Source: Bryobacteraceae bacterium (lineage in GTDB: Bacteria; Acidobacteriota; Terriglobia; Bryobacterales; Bryobacteraceae). Taken from it: a stretch of DNA of 64,000 nt. How positions within the stretch are numbered: position 1 is the first letter of the stretch; each line of letters begins with the position of its first letter. The notes under the pieces were generated by a model. That model saw only the letters and a list, made by a program, of their open reading frames with translations, made no database searches and had not been told where the DNA came from. Of the stretch, positions 27,712-36,686 are shown piece by piece. The stretch covers positions 71,972 through 135,971 of the forward strand of contig JANRJO010000057.1 in the NCBI GenBank assembly GCA_033763935.1, read 5' to 3'. A program made the translations under genes and the position numbers.

Positions 27712-29421
27712 TGCTTCTTCTCGAGCAGGAACGGGCCGATCGCGAGCGCGTCGAGCGGCGTGGTCCAGAAGGATTCGAGCGCATCGCGCGGTGTGGCGAC
27801 AATCGGCTGGCTGCGCGTGTTGAATGATGTATTGATCAGGACGGGCACGCCCGTGCGCCGGGCGAAGGCGGCGATCAGATCGTAGTAGAGCGGGTGCCGT
27901 TCGCGTTGGATGGTCTGGATGCGGGCCGTGCCGTCGATATGGACGGCGGAGGGGATGACGTCTTCTTTTCCCGGCGCGACCTTGTCGACGAACAGCATGA
28001 AGGGCGACGGGCGCGCCGGGTGAAACCATTCCGCCGCTTGATGAGCGAGCACTACGGGTGCGACCGGCCGGAACTCTTCGCGGCCCTTGATGTCGTTCAT
28101 GCGTTCTTTCATCCAGGGGAGCAAGGGCGAGGCGAGGATGGAGCGGGCGCCGAGCGCGCGCGGCCCGAACTCCATGCGCCCCTGGAACCAGCCGAGAACC
28201 CTGCCGGCGGCGAGCAGTTCGGCCGCCTTCTCGACCAGGCTCGCAGGGCGGCAATAGGGGACGCCGGCCCACCGCATCAGCTCCTCGATCTCGTCGTCAC
28301 TGTAGGCGGGCCCGAGGTACGCATCGCGCATGCGCCAGGGACGGGTGTCGTCGCGACGGGCGTCGGCATCCACTACGAGTGCGGCGCCTAACGCCGTGCC
28401 AGCGTCGCCGGCGGCGGGTTGCACCCACAGTTCCTCGAACGGCCCTTCGTCGCGCAGCCGGGCGTTCATTACGCAGTTCAAAGCCACGCCGCCTGCCAGG
28501 CAGAGCGACCGGACATCGGTAGAGGAGTGCAGCCACCGCACCAGACACAACACCGTCTCTTCGAGCACCTGCTGGAGGCTGGCGGCGAGATCGAAATGAC
28601 GCTCTTCGAGAGGCGCCCCCTTGCGGCGGGGCTCGCCGAACGAGGCTGCGAGCGCCGTCGCTCCGATGGCATAGCATCCGTTCGAGAGCACCCGCACCAT
28701 GCGCCGGAACTCGGCTGCGAAGCGCGGCCGCCCGTATGAGGCGAGCGCCATCACCTTGTACTCGTCCGAGGATGGAAGGAACCCGAGGTACTCGGTGACC
28801 TGCTCATAGAGGAGGCCCAGCGAGTGCGGCATGTGGACCTCCTGGAGGGGTGAGAGACGGGAGCCGCTTGCGGTCCAGTAGGTGGTGGTCGCCTTCTCGC
28901 CGCGGCCGTCGAGGACCAGGACGGCGGCCTCTTCAAACGGCGAGGGAAGAAACGCGCTGGCGGCATGCGCGAGGTGATGCGGCACGAAGTGCCAACGCCA
29001 GGGCCCGTCGTGCCGTGCGCCCTCGAACCGCTCGCGCACGTGGTGCGGCGCGCCGCCGGCGAGTTGCCGTGGCGCGTTCACCAGGTACGAGTAGAAGAGA
29101 GGGGACCAGGGCGATTCCCAACCGTCCTGCGGGTGGGCCGCGCTCGGGTGCACGGGTAAGGTCACCGTGTCGGGCGGCGTGTGGTAGAGCGATGGCGCGA
29201 ACGAGTATCCGACGTGGTGAACGTCGTTGAGCTGAATGCCGGCCTGGCGGAGGCAGAAGTCGATGGCAAGGAACGGAAGCTCATAGGCGGTGAAGGGCGT
29301 CGCCCGCTTGGCGTGCTTCGCCCGCGTGAAACGCTCTTCTTCGGCCGCGGCGATGACGATGCCGTCTTGCACCAGGCAGGCGGATGAATCGTGATAGGCG
29401 GCATTAATGCCGAGGGTGTAC
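27708..29421 (-). CDS. carbamoyltransferase (NodU/CmcH family)
   Basis: MYTLGINAAYHDSSACLVQDG N-terminus (ASKHA-like). HHLAHAASAF. C-terminal carbamoyltransferase domain. Start at internal ATG 29421. The 250-aa upstream extension in the track is spurious. Confidence 0.8.
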
Positions 29422-29603
29422 ATGCCCGGTTCCACTTCGGCGGCGCTGCGGGTTTGTAGGGCCGCCTGTAACAAATAGGACTCGTACGCCGCAGTATCGT
29501 TTCTTCGCGTGAATGTCGCCGCGTGCCCGGGCCTATTCAGGGCTAAGGGGCGCTCCGGTAACGGCCGATAGAAGTAAGAACTGCCGTATTGAAGGAAGAG
29601 TCT

Positions 29604-30224
29604 ATGTCTTACATCGAGTATGTTACCGGTGGCAGGGAGGCCGATGAGGTTTTGACCGATCTTGCCGAAGCGAACAACTTCACGCTTGCGGATCTGGAGG
29701 AGAACCGCGCGGGGCGCATCAGCGGCCCGCAGCGCCAGCGCCTCTACGCGAGGGCACTTGCGCCGTTGCGTTATACGGGAGGAGCACTCCTCGGCTGGCT
29801 GATCGCCTGCGGCATCGTCAAGGTTCTGGTGCCGGACATCGTACTTACCGTGCTGGCACTGCTGGGCGCGAAGACCTTTCTGGTGGTCTTCTGGGGTATC
29901 ACGCTGCCCTGCGTGCTGGCCTTCCTTGCTTCGGCGGTGAAGAGCGTGCGCCTGGTGACTCTGCTGCAGGGGGATCTGCGGGACGGCAAGGCCGCTCATA
30001 TCGAGGGGCGCATCACCACCAGCCGCGAGGATGTCGACGGGCTTGGCCTCGAGAAGTTCCACCAGCAGAAGAACACGCAGCGCGCCTACGTCTTCCAGGA
30101 CTGGCGATTTGACGTGGACGAGGACGCGATGAAGGCCCTGCGCCCGGGTTTGCGCTACCGGCTCTACTACGCGCCCCAAAGCACATTGCTGCTCTCCATT
30201 GAGCCGGCGCCGGCGAATCGGTAG
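29604..30224 (+). CDS. hypothetical membrane protein (2 TM, soluble N- and C-terminal regions)
   Basis: ATG preceded by AAGGAAGAG SD. Hydrophobic hairpin LLGWLIACGIVKVLVPDIVLTVLALLGAKTFLVVFWGITLPCVLAFLASAV. No recognisable domain. Confidence 0.45.
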   Translation: MSYIEYVTGGREADEVLTDLAEANNFTLADLEENRAGRISGPQRQRLYARALAPLRYTGGALLGWLIACGIVKVLVPDIVLTVLALLGAKTFLVVFWGITLPCVLAFLASAVKSVRLVTLLQGDLRDGKAAHIEGRITTSREDVDGLGLEKFHQQKNTQRAYVFQDWRFDVDEDAMKALRPGLRYRLYYAPQSTLLLSIEPAPANR

Positions 30225-30240
30225 CGCCGCCGGCCTCTCT

Positions 30241-30927
30241 ATGCCCCGCTACCACATCCACAGCCGACCGCTGCTTGAAGGCGAGCGGCTGGACCTCCGA
30301 CGGCAGGCGCTGGAGGCGGAGCGGTTCATGTTGGAAGCCCATCGGCGTGCTGTCCGCGCGGCCGCTCTTCGCGGATTCGCTGTTGCCGTCGTGCTCGCGT
30401 TGGTCTGGTGGGTGACGATCGCGCGCGACGCCGACCGCGCCAAGAGCCTCGCTGCGACCGCAGGCTCCCTGGCGGTGTACTTACTCTTCACCTGCTGGGA
30501 CTTACTCGAGGCGTGGAAGCGTGTGACGGCCATTCGCAGCGCGTGGTCGGAGACCATCCGGCGATCCGAGGCCGCGCCCGTAATTGAGCTGTCCGTGGAG
30601 CCTCTTCGTGCGTGGAATACCGGGTTCTCCTGGCTGCTGGACGCCGGTGAGGGTTGGGGCCTCCTGCTCGATCCCGAGGGGCGCGACGAGATTCCCGAGC
30701 GGATGGTGATCCGTCAGACGGCCAGCGGGATTGTCTGGACGGACTACGAAGGCGCGCCGGCGCCGCACACGACCCTTGACTTCGACTGGGGGACCCTGCC
30801 CGACGATCATCCGCTCCTCGAATCCTGCGGCCCGGCCTTGTTCCGTCTCGGTCCGGACCCTGCCGCCTCCATCCTGGCTTTCGAAGACGGCCGATTTCCG
30901 CTCGGTGCTTCGCCCCGAAATTCGTGA
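30241..30927 (+). CDS. hypothetical membrane protein (2 TM) with C-terminal soluble domain
   Basis: First ATG in the ORF (the track start is a TTG). TM segments FAVAVVLALVWWVTIA and LAVYLLFTCWDLL. No recognisable domain. Confidence 0.45.
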   Translation: MPRYHIHSRPLLEGERLDLRRQALEAERFMLEAHRRAVRAAALRGFAVAVVLALVWWVTIARDADRAKSLAATAGSLAVYLLFTCWDLLEAWKRVTAIRSAWSETIRRSEAAPVIELSVEPLRAWNTGFSWLLDAGEGWGLLLDPEGRDEIPERMVIRQTASGIVWTDYEGAPAPHTTLDFDWGTLPDDHPLLESCGPALFRLGPDPAASILAFEDGRFPLGASPRNS

Positions 30928-31127
30928 CACTTACTTAGTGCCAGGTCACGCTTGCAAGAAATTAATCCCGACACTGAGTTGCCTTTTCCCAATTCCTGCT
31001 GTATTCTTAGTCCTGGCAGGAGACACTTATGCGGCACCTATGCCAATGGTCGAGATTCAAAACTCTCACCGGCGCGGCTTCCCTGAAGCACCGCGTGCCG
31101 GCAGGCGCCGTGTCTTTTGCCGACCTG

Positions 31128-31201
31128 CTGGATATAGCTCAAACGGTAAGAGCAACAGCCTCACAAGCTGTCGGCTGCGGGTTCGATTCCCGCTATCCCA
31201 C
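31128..31201 (+). tRNA. tRNA-Val (anticodon CAC)-like gene with mismatched acceptor stem (possible pseudo-tRNA or recombination scar)
   Basis: D arm (GCTC/GAGC), anticodon arm (ACAGC-CTCACAA-GCTGT) and T arm (GCGGG-TTCGATT-CCCGC) all fold perfectly. The acceptor 5' CTGGATA vs 3' TATCCCA leaves 1-72 and 2-71 unpaired. A 1-nt change (TGGGATA) would restore pairing. No CCA. Confidence 0.55.
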
Positions 31202-31439
31202 TAGCCTGGAAAGCTAGCCACTCAACTAACAACATGGGGCGTTCCGCTTCGGCGAGGGCCGGTAGCGCAGGCGCTGTTTGCCTGTAGAACTGTCCTCCGC
31301 AGCGGGCCGCCGGTTCTGCGCGGAATTCGAAACTGCCGCCGCGGCCGGTATGTGCGCGGCGGCTCCTGATCTCCGCCCGGCAGGCGGGCCGCGAGGCGGA
31401 ATTCCCCGTGTTGATCCAGAGAAAAAGGAGGTGATTTTC

Positions 31440-32561
31440 ATGCTCTGGAAGCGAATTGCAGTTGGAGATACACAGCGCGCGATGGTCATTCGGGACGGCC
31501 GGTTCGACCGGATCCTGATGCCCGGCGTGCACGTGCTCTGGAAGGCGCCCTTCGCCTCGCTCGAGGTGGAACTGTACGGCATCCGCCAGACGGTTCTCAC
31601 CAACTCCTGGACGGACTTCGTGGTGAAGGAGCGGCCTGACATCGTGGAGCGTCACTTCGTGCTGGCCGAAACCGGCGACGCCGAAGTGGCGATGGTCACG
31701 GTGGACGGCAAACTCGCGCGGGTGATCGCGCCTGCGAAGCGTGCTCTGTTCTGGAAAGACGCAGGGCGCATCGAGGTGCAGGTGGTGAACGTGCTCGCCT
31801 CGCCCGAAGTGCCTCGGGATCGCCTGGCGGCCCTGGAGCGGCTCGGCGCTGCTGAAGCGCAGGCACTCTTCGTTCAGGTGGACGAAGGGAAGCTGGGCTT
31901 GCTGTCGCTCGCGAACCGCGAGTTGCAGACGCTCGGACGCGGGCGCTACGGCTTCTGGCTGGGCGCCGGGAATCCCCGCGTCGAAGTCCTCGACACGCGG
32001 AAGCAGGCGATCGAAGTCACCGGTCAGGAAATCCTGACGCGTGACAAGGTCTCCATCCGCGTGAACGCGCTGGCGGAGTATGAAGTCGCCTCCGCGCTGG
32101 AGGCTCGGCTGAAGGTCAAGGATCTTCAGGAACACCTGTACCGCACCCTGCAGCTGGCGGTGCGCAAGACGCTCGGCCGCAAGACGCTGGAAGAGATTCT
32201 GGCGGACAAGACGAGCGTCGACGCGTCGGTGGCGGAGGCGGTGCGCGAGGAGATCTCGCGCCTCGGCGTCCGTGTCGGCGAAATCGCGGTGAAGGACATC
32301 ATCGTGCCCGGTGAGATGCGGGAGATCCTGAACCGTGTGGTGGCGGCGGAGAAGGAGGCGCAGGCCAATCTCATCCGGCGTCGCGAGGAGACCGCCGCGA
32401 CGCGGTCCCTGTTGAACACCGCCAAGCTGATGGAGGACAACCCCATCCTGGTGCGGTTGAAGGAGCTGGAGACGCTGGAGAACCTGGTCGAGAAGGTGGA
32501 CCGGGTGACGGTGTCGGGCGGGTTCGACTCGATGTTGACGGACCTGCTGGCCAGCAAGTAA
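31440..32561 (+). CDS. SPFH/band-7 (stomatin/prohibitin-like) domain protein lacking an N-terminal TM anchor
   Basis: SPFH core (QEILTRDKVSIRVNALAEYEV...) and C-terminal coiled coil (VVAAEKEAQANLIRRREE...). Strong SD AAGGAGGT 7 nt before the ATG. The track extension is spurious. Confidence 0.75.
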   Translation: MLWKRIAVGDTQRAMVIRDGRFDRILMPGVHVLWKAPFASLEVELYGIRQTVLTNSWTDFVVKERPDIVERHFVLAETGDAEVAMVTVDGKLARVIAPAKRALFWKDAGRIEVQVVNVLASPEVPRDRLAALERLGAAEAQALFVQVDEGKLGLLSLANRELQTLGRGRYGFWLGAGNPRVEVLDTRKQAIEVTGQEILTRDKVSIRVNALAEYEVASALEARLKVKDLQEHLYRTLQLAVRKTLGRKTLEEILADKTSVDASVAEAVREEISRLGVRVGEIAVKDIIVPGEMREILNRVVAAEKEAQANLIRRREETAATRSLLNTAKLMEDNPILVRLKELETLENLVEKVDRVTVSGGFDSMLTDLLASK

Positions 32562-32633
32562 GCCGGAGGCTGCTCTTCCCAGGAGGAGCGGCCCCGGCCA
32601 TTTCTTCACTTACTACTCTGAGATACTGAGCCC

Positions 32634-33794
32634 GTGAATACCGTACCGCGCGTCGCGTTCCTTCCCGACTCCTATCACGAAGTGAACGGCGCGGCGCGGA
32701 CCTGTCGCGAGCTGGTGGCCTTCGCCGAGCGCCGCGGGTATCCTTTTCTAAGCGTGCGCTTCGCGAAGCGCGAACGCTTTGAGAAACGCGGACCACTATC
32801 GGTACTGGAACTCCGGCGCAGCGTTCTCAAGGTCCCGGTCGATCCCGACTTAGACTTCGATCTCCTCTTCTACCGCCTGCACGGGAGTCTGCTGTCCCGG
32901 CTGCGTGCGTTCCGCCCGGACATCATACACATAACCAGTCCCGGTGACCTCGGAATCCTCGGCGCGGTGGCGGCACGGCAGCTGGGCGTTCCGCTCGCGC
33001 TCTCCTGGCATACGAACCTGCACGAGTTTGCCGCGCGCCGCCTCAGCCGCCTCCCGGCGGGCGAAGCCATGGCGCGTGCCGTCGAATCGTTTGTGCTCAA
33101 CCGGGTCGTGTGGTTCTTCGGCCGCGGGGATGTGCTGCTCGCGCCAAACCGGGAGTTGGTGGAGTTGCTGCGGAGCCGGACCGGCAAGCCAGTTTTCCTA
33201 ATGGCGCGCGGAATCGACACCGAAGCGTTCAACCCGAAGTGGCGGTCGCGTACCGACGAGACGTTTGTCGTCGGCTACGTTGGCCGGCTGCAGCCGGAGA
33301 AGAACGTTCGCGCCCTCGCGGAGGTAGAGCAGGCGCTGGTAGCAGCCGGCGTTGCCCATTACCGGTTCTCGATTGTCGGCGGCGGCGCCGAGGCCGATTG
33401 GCTGGCGAGCAACTTGCGGCGCGCAACGCTGCACGGAGTTCTCAAGGGCGAAGCTCTCTCCCGCGCGTATGCCGACATGGACGTCTTCGTCTTCCCGAGC
33501 CGCACCGATACGTTCGGCAACGTGATTCAGGAGGCGCACGCGAGCGGGCTCCCGGCGGTGGTGACGGACGCCGGCGGGCCGAAGTTCCTGGTGGACCACG
33601 GCGTCAACGGATTCATCGCCAGTAGCGATGCCGACCTCGCTCGAGCCGTGGTCCGCCTGGCGCGTGAACCGCACACGCTCGCGCGGATGCGCGAGGCGGC
33701 CGCGCTCAAGGCGTCAATGGGATGGGACCACGTGTTCGAAGGGGTCTATGAGGCCTACGGCGCCGCGCTATCAGAGACCGGCGGGAACCGGTAG
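32634..33794 (+). CDS. family 4 (GT-B, group 1) glycosyltransferase
   Basis: C-terminal VFVFPSRTDTFGNVIQEAHASGLPAVVTDAGG (E-x7-E region) typical of GT4. Confidence 0.8.
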   Translation: MNTVPRVAFLPDSYHEVNGAARTCRELVAFAERRGYPFLSVRFAKRERFEKRGPLSVLELRRSVLKVPVDPDLDFDLLFYRLHGSLLSRLRAFRPDIIHITSPGDLGILGAVAARQLGVPLALSWHTNLHEFAARRLSRLPAGEAMARAVESFVLNRVVWFFGRGDVLLAPNRELVELLRSRTGKPVFLMARGIDTEAFNPKWRSRTDETFVVGYVGRLQPEKNVRALAEVEQALVAAGVAHYRFSIVGGGAEADWLASNLRRATLHGVLKGEALSRAYADMDVFVFPSRTDTFGNVIQEAHASGLPAVVTDAGGPKFLVDHGVNGFIASSDADLARAVVRLAREPHTLARMREAAALKASMGWDHVFEGVYEAYGAALSETGGNR

Positions 33795-35138
33795 CAGCGT
33801 ACCCCGCCCCAGGAGCCAATGCGGATCAAGGCGCGTCTTCACCTCAACCATCGCCGCGATGTGTTCCGGCTGGTACTGCAGCGCGAGCAACTTCGCCTTG
33901 CGCTTGCCGAGCCCGTGCTCCGCGGAGACCGTTCCGCCGAGCGATACCGCCTTCGCCGCGAACTCCTTGAGAAAACCGCCGGCAATGGATGCTTCGCGGT
34001 CGTCGGCTGGCAGCATGTTCACGTGGGCGTGGGCGTCGCCGATATGTCCGTAGATCACGTAGCGCCCTGGCAGTTCGGCCTCCAGGCGCTCGCGATAGTA
34101 AGCGAGGATCTCGCGGCTCTTCTCGATGGGGACGGCGTAGTCCGTACCCATCTTCATGAAACCGCGCTGGAGCACGGTGGCGTTCACCATCTCCGGCAAC
34201 GCATGGCGGAACCGCCGAAAGCGCTCGCGATCGGAGGCGCTGGTCGCGAACCAGCTGTCGTCGGCGAGAGCGTTTGTCGCCTCCAGCCGGTCCGACCAGG
34301 CATCGAGGTCCGGCTCGCCCTCCGCCTCGATCAGGAGCGTGGCTCGCGCGCGGGCCGGTATCTCGGGAAAGCGCGGCTCGATCAGTTCGAGCGAGTTGCG
34401 ATCGACATACTCGAGCATTCGAAGCCCTGCGACGGGCCGCCATGCGTCTACCGCGTTCAGCGCGTCCTCATCGGCTGCGAAGAACACCACCGCCGCGAAC
34501 AAGTGAGCCGGGATGGGCAGCAACTTCACCCGAGCCTCGGTGATGATTCCGAGCGTGCCTTCGGAGCCGCACAGGAGGTCGATGTAGTCCATGCCCGGTT
34601 GAAGCGGATACCCGGCAGTGCATTTCGTCGTCGCCGGCCAGGGTACGGGCGAAACCGGAAAGTCGATCCCATCGCCGCGGCGAAAGGTGGCAACGCGTCC
34701 GTCCGCGAAGATCGCGCGCACACTCTCAATATGGCGCCTCGTGCTGCCGTAGCGGAAACTGCGCGAACCGCTCGCGTTGGTGGCGATGGTCCCGCCTACG
34801 GAAGCGGTGATCTCGGTGGGGTCAGGCGCATAAAACTGGCCGGTAGGCGCGGCAGCATCGCGGAGGGTGAGCAGGGTGACGGCGGCCCCCGCGTCCGCGT
34901 AGCCTTGCGCAATCGTGAGCCGGTTGAAGCGCTCGAGCGAGACGGCCCAGCCGCCCTGTGCGACGCTGCCGCCGGTTAGCCCGGAGCGCGCACCGATGAT
35001 GGTGACCGGCGTGCGGCTCGCCCCGGCCGCGCGCACGATGTCCACCAGTTCGGCCTCCGATGCGGGCACAAGGATGCGCTCTGCCCAACCGGTGAAGCCG
35101 GAGGCATCGGTGAGGTACGGATCGACGGCCGTGGACAT
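33771..35138 (-). CDS. FAD-linked oxidase (PCMH-type FAD-binding domain; GlcD/D-lactate dehydrogenase-like)
   Basis: N-terminal FAD-binding region (VDIVRAAGASRTPVTIIGARSGLTGGSV). C-terminal FAD-oxidase domain. GGTGGAGAG SD before the ATG. Confidence 0.8.
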   Translation of the reverse strand: MSTAVDPYLTDASGFTGWAERILVPASEAELVDIVRAAGASRTPVTIIGARSGLTGGSVAQGGWAVSLERFNRLTIAQGYADAGAAVTLLTLRDAAAPTGQFYAPDPTEITASVGGTIATNASGSRSFRYGSTRRHIESVRAIFADGRVATFRRGDGIDFPVSPVPWPATTKCTAGYPLQPGMDYIDLLCGSEGTLGIITEARVKLLPIPAHLFAAVVFFAADEDALNAVDAWRPVAGLRMLEYVDRNSLELIEPRFPEIPARARATLLIEAEGEPDLDAWSDRLEATNALADDSWFATSASDRERFRRFRHALPEMVNATVLQRGFMKMGTDYAVPIEKSREILAYYRERLEAELPGRYVIYGHIGDAHAHVNMLPADDREASIAGGFLKEFAAKAVSLGGTVSAEHGLGKRKAKLLALQYQPEHIAAMVEVKTRLDPHWLLGRGTLLPVPAGL

Positions 35139-35198
35139 GATCTCTCCACCAGTTCACCACGAAGCCGGCCGTCTGCGGGAGGAACTGGGCGCTCTGTT

Positions 35199-35759
35199 AT
35201 GCTTACGTTCGAACCCATGAAACAGGCGCTGATCGTGATTGACGTTCAGAAAGACTACTTGCCGGGCGGCGCGTTTCCGCTTTGGAATACCGGCCCGGTG
35301 ACGGCGAACATCGAAGCCGCCATCGCGTCCGCCCGTGCCGCGGGTGTACCCGTCATCCAGGTGCAGCACATTGCCCACGGCCCCGCACCCTTCTTTCGCG
35401 ACGGCACCGAAGGCGTCGAGATCCATCCCCCGGTGCTGGCCGCCGCACCGGATGCCAAGGTCGTCGTAAAGCAACACGCGGACAGCTTCCTTCGCACCAC
35501 GCTGCAGCAGGTGCTCGACGAGCTACAGGTCAGTGAGCTGCTGCTTTGCGGCATGATGACGCAGAACTGCGTCACGCACACGGCGATTTCGAAGTCGGCC
35601 GAGAAGTACAAGGTCACCGTGCTGGCGGACTGCTGCACGACGGTGAGCGAAATGGTTCACCTGGTGGCGCTGCACGCATTGGCGGATCGCGTCACGGTCG
35701 CGTCCGCCGCGGACGCCATTGGAACAGCGGTCAGCGCCGCTGCTCCGCCCGCTGCTTGA
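35199..35759 (+). CDS. isochorismatase-family cysteine hydrolase
   Basis: ALIVIDVQKDY N-terminal block. Catalytic Cys context LLLCGMMTQNCV. Confidence 0.8.
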   Translation: MLTFEPMKQALIVIDVQKDYLPGGAFPLWNTGPVTANIEAAIASARAAGVPVIQVQHIAHGPAPFFRDGTEGVEIHPPVLAAAPDAKVVVKQHADSFLRTTLQQVLDELQVSELLLCGMMTQNCVTHTAISKSAEKYKVTVLADCCTTVSEMVHLVALHALADRVTVASAADAIGTAVSAAAPPAA

Positions 35760-36567
35760 TCGCCTCCAACATGCTGCGGCGGATCATCGCGCTCCCGGGG
35801 TAGATGAGCCGCCAGTAGCGCGCCATGGTGCGGCGAGCCTGCTCGTCGGTAGCAAGCACACGCGTCTCTGTGGTTACCCGCGACCAGCCGTCTCCGAGGC
35901 TCTCGACGCGCACGTTCGCGGCAACCTTTATGTTGTCCGGGGGCATCCAAGTAGCGAACTCCTCCGGCGTCAGGCGGGTCGGCGGCGCCCCGTTCTTCCA
36001 CGGTTGCCCCGCCATGCCGAAGATGTACTCGCTGGTTCCGTCGTGCAGCGGGAAGAAGGCGGTGGCGGAGGCCGAGATCAGGGCGACGATCGGCTTGGCC
36101 GGCATCGGCTGGTCGGCGGTGCGGGTGCGCATCGCCGCGTTTCGAATGCGCCCCAGTGTGCGCATGGGGCCGATCTCCGCGAAGGTGACCTCCCGCACTG
36201 CGCGCATCGCTCGGGCCGAGTCCGCGTGAACCCGCACCTCGTGGAACTCGTGAAAGTCATAGGAGGGAAGAAAGGCGTCCATCTGAGAGTTCCCAGCCCG
36301 GTAGTTCGTTGTCACGGGCCATAGTAGTCCCGCGGCGGCCGCCACGGCGCCGGCAAGCGCCACCATCAGCCCCGTAACGCGGCTTCGGATCCCCATGAAC
36401 TTTGGCGGCAGCGGAACGACCACCAGGCCCGCCAACTGCAAGCCGAGGCCCACGTACACCAGCACCGACGGCGCCTGGAGCGGTCCAAGTGACGCCATAT
36501 ACAGGACGCCCGCACAGCCGATGAGCAGCAGGAGCGCGAGCGATAAGAAGCAACGACGACTACGCAT
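35731..36567 (-). CDS. hypothetical membrane/secreted protein
   Basis: Start at internal ATG 36567 (MRSRRCFLSLALLLLIGCAG, signal/TM). No recognisable domain. Confidence 0.4.
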   Translation of the reverse strand: MRSRRCFLSLALLLLIGCAGVLYMASLGPLQAPSVLVYVGLGLQLAGLVVVPLPPKFMGIRSRVTGLMVALAGAVAAAAGLLWPVTTNYRAGNSQMDAFLPSYDFHEFHEVRVHADSARAMRAVREVTFAEIGPMRTLGRIRNAAMRTRTADQPMPAKPIVALISASATAFFPLHDGTSEYIFGMAGQPWKNGAPPTRLTPEEFATWMPPDNIKVAANVRVESLGDGWSRVTTETRVLATDEQARRTMARYWRLIYPGSAMIRRSMLEAIKQRAEQRR

Positions 36568-36686
36568 ACGTTTAGGAATACGAGGGCCGACTCCGCGCGG
36601 GTCAAATTTTCCTCCGCCGCACCGCTGATTTTCTCCATCCGCCCCGGTCTCTACAGGAGAACGCAGTCGAGATTGCAAGGAGAGGC

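Noticed and set aside
30199-30240. TTG-initiated version of the second membrane-protein ORF overlapping the first by 26 bp
   Set aside because: The first in-frame ATG at 30241 gives a non-overlapping gene, though it has no evident SD. Choice remains uncertain.
31029-31217. 62-aa ORF overlapping the tRNA-Val-like gene
   Set aside because: It overlaps a cloverleaf-forming tRNA sequence. No SD. Low-complexity translation.
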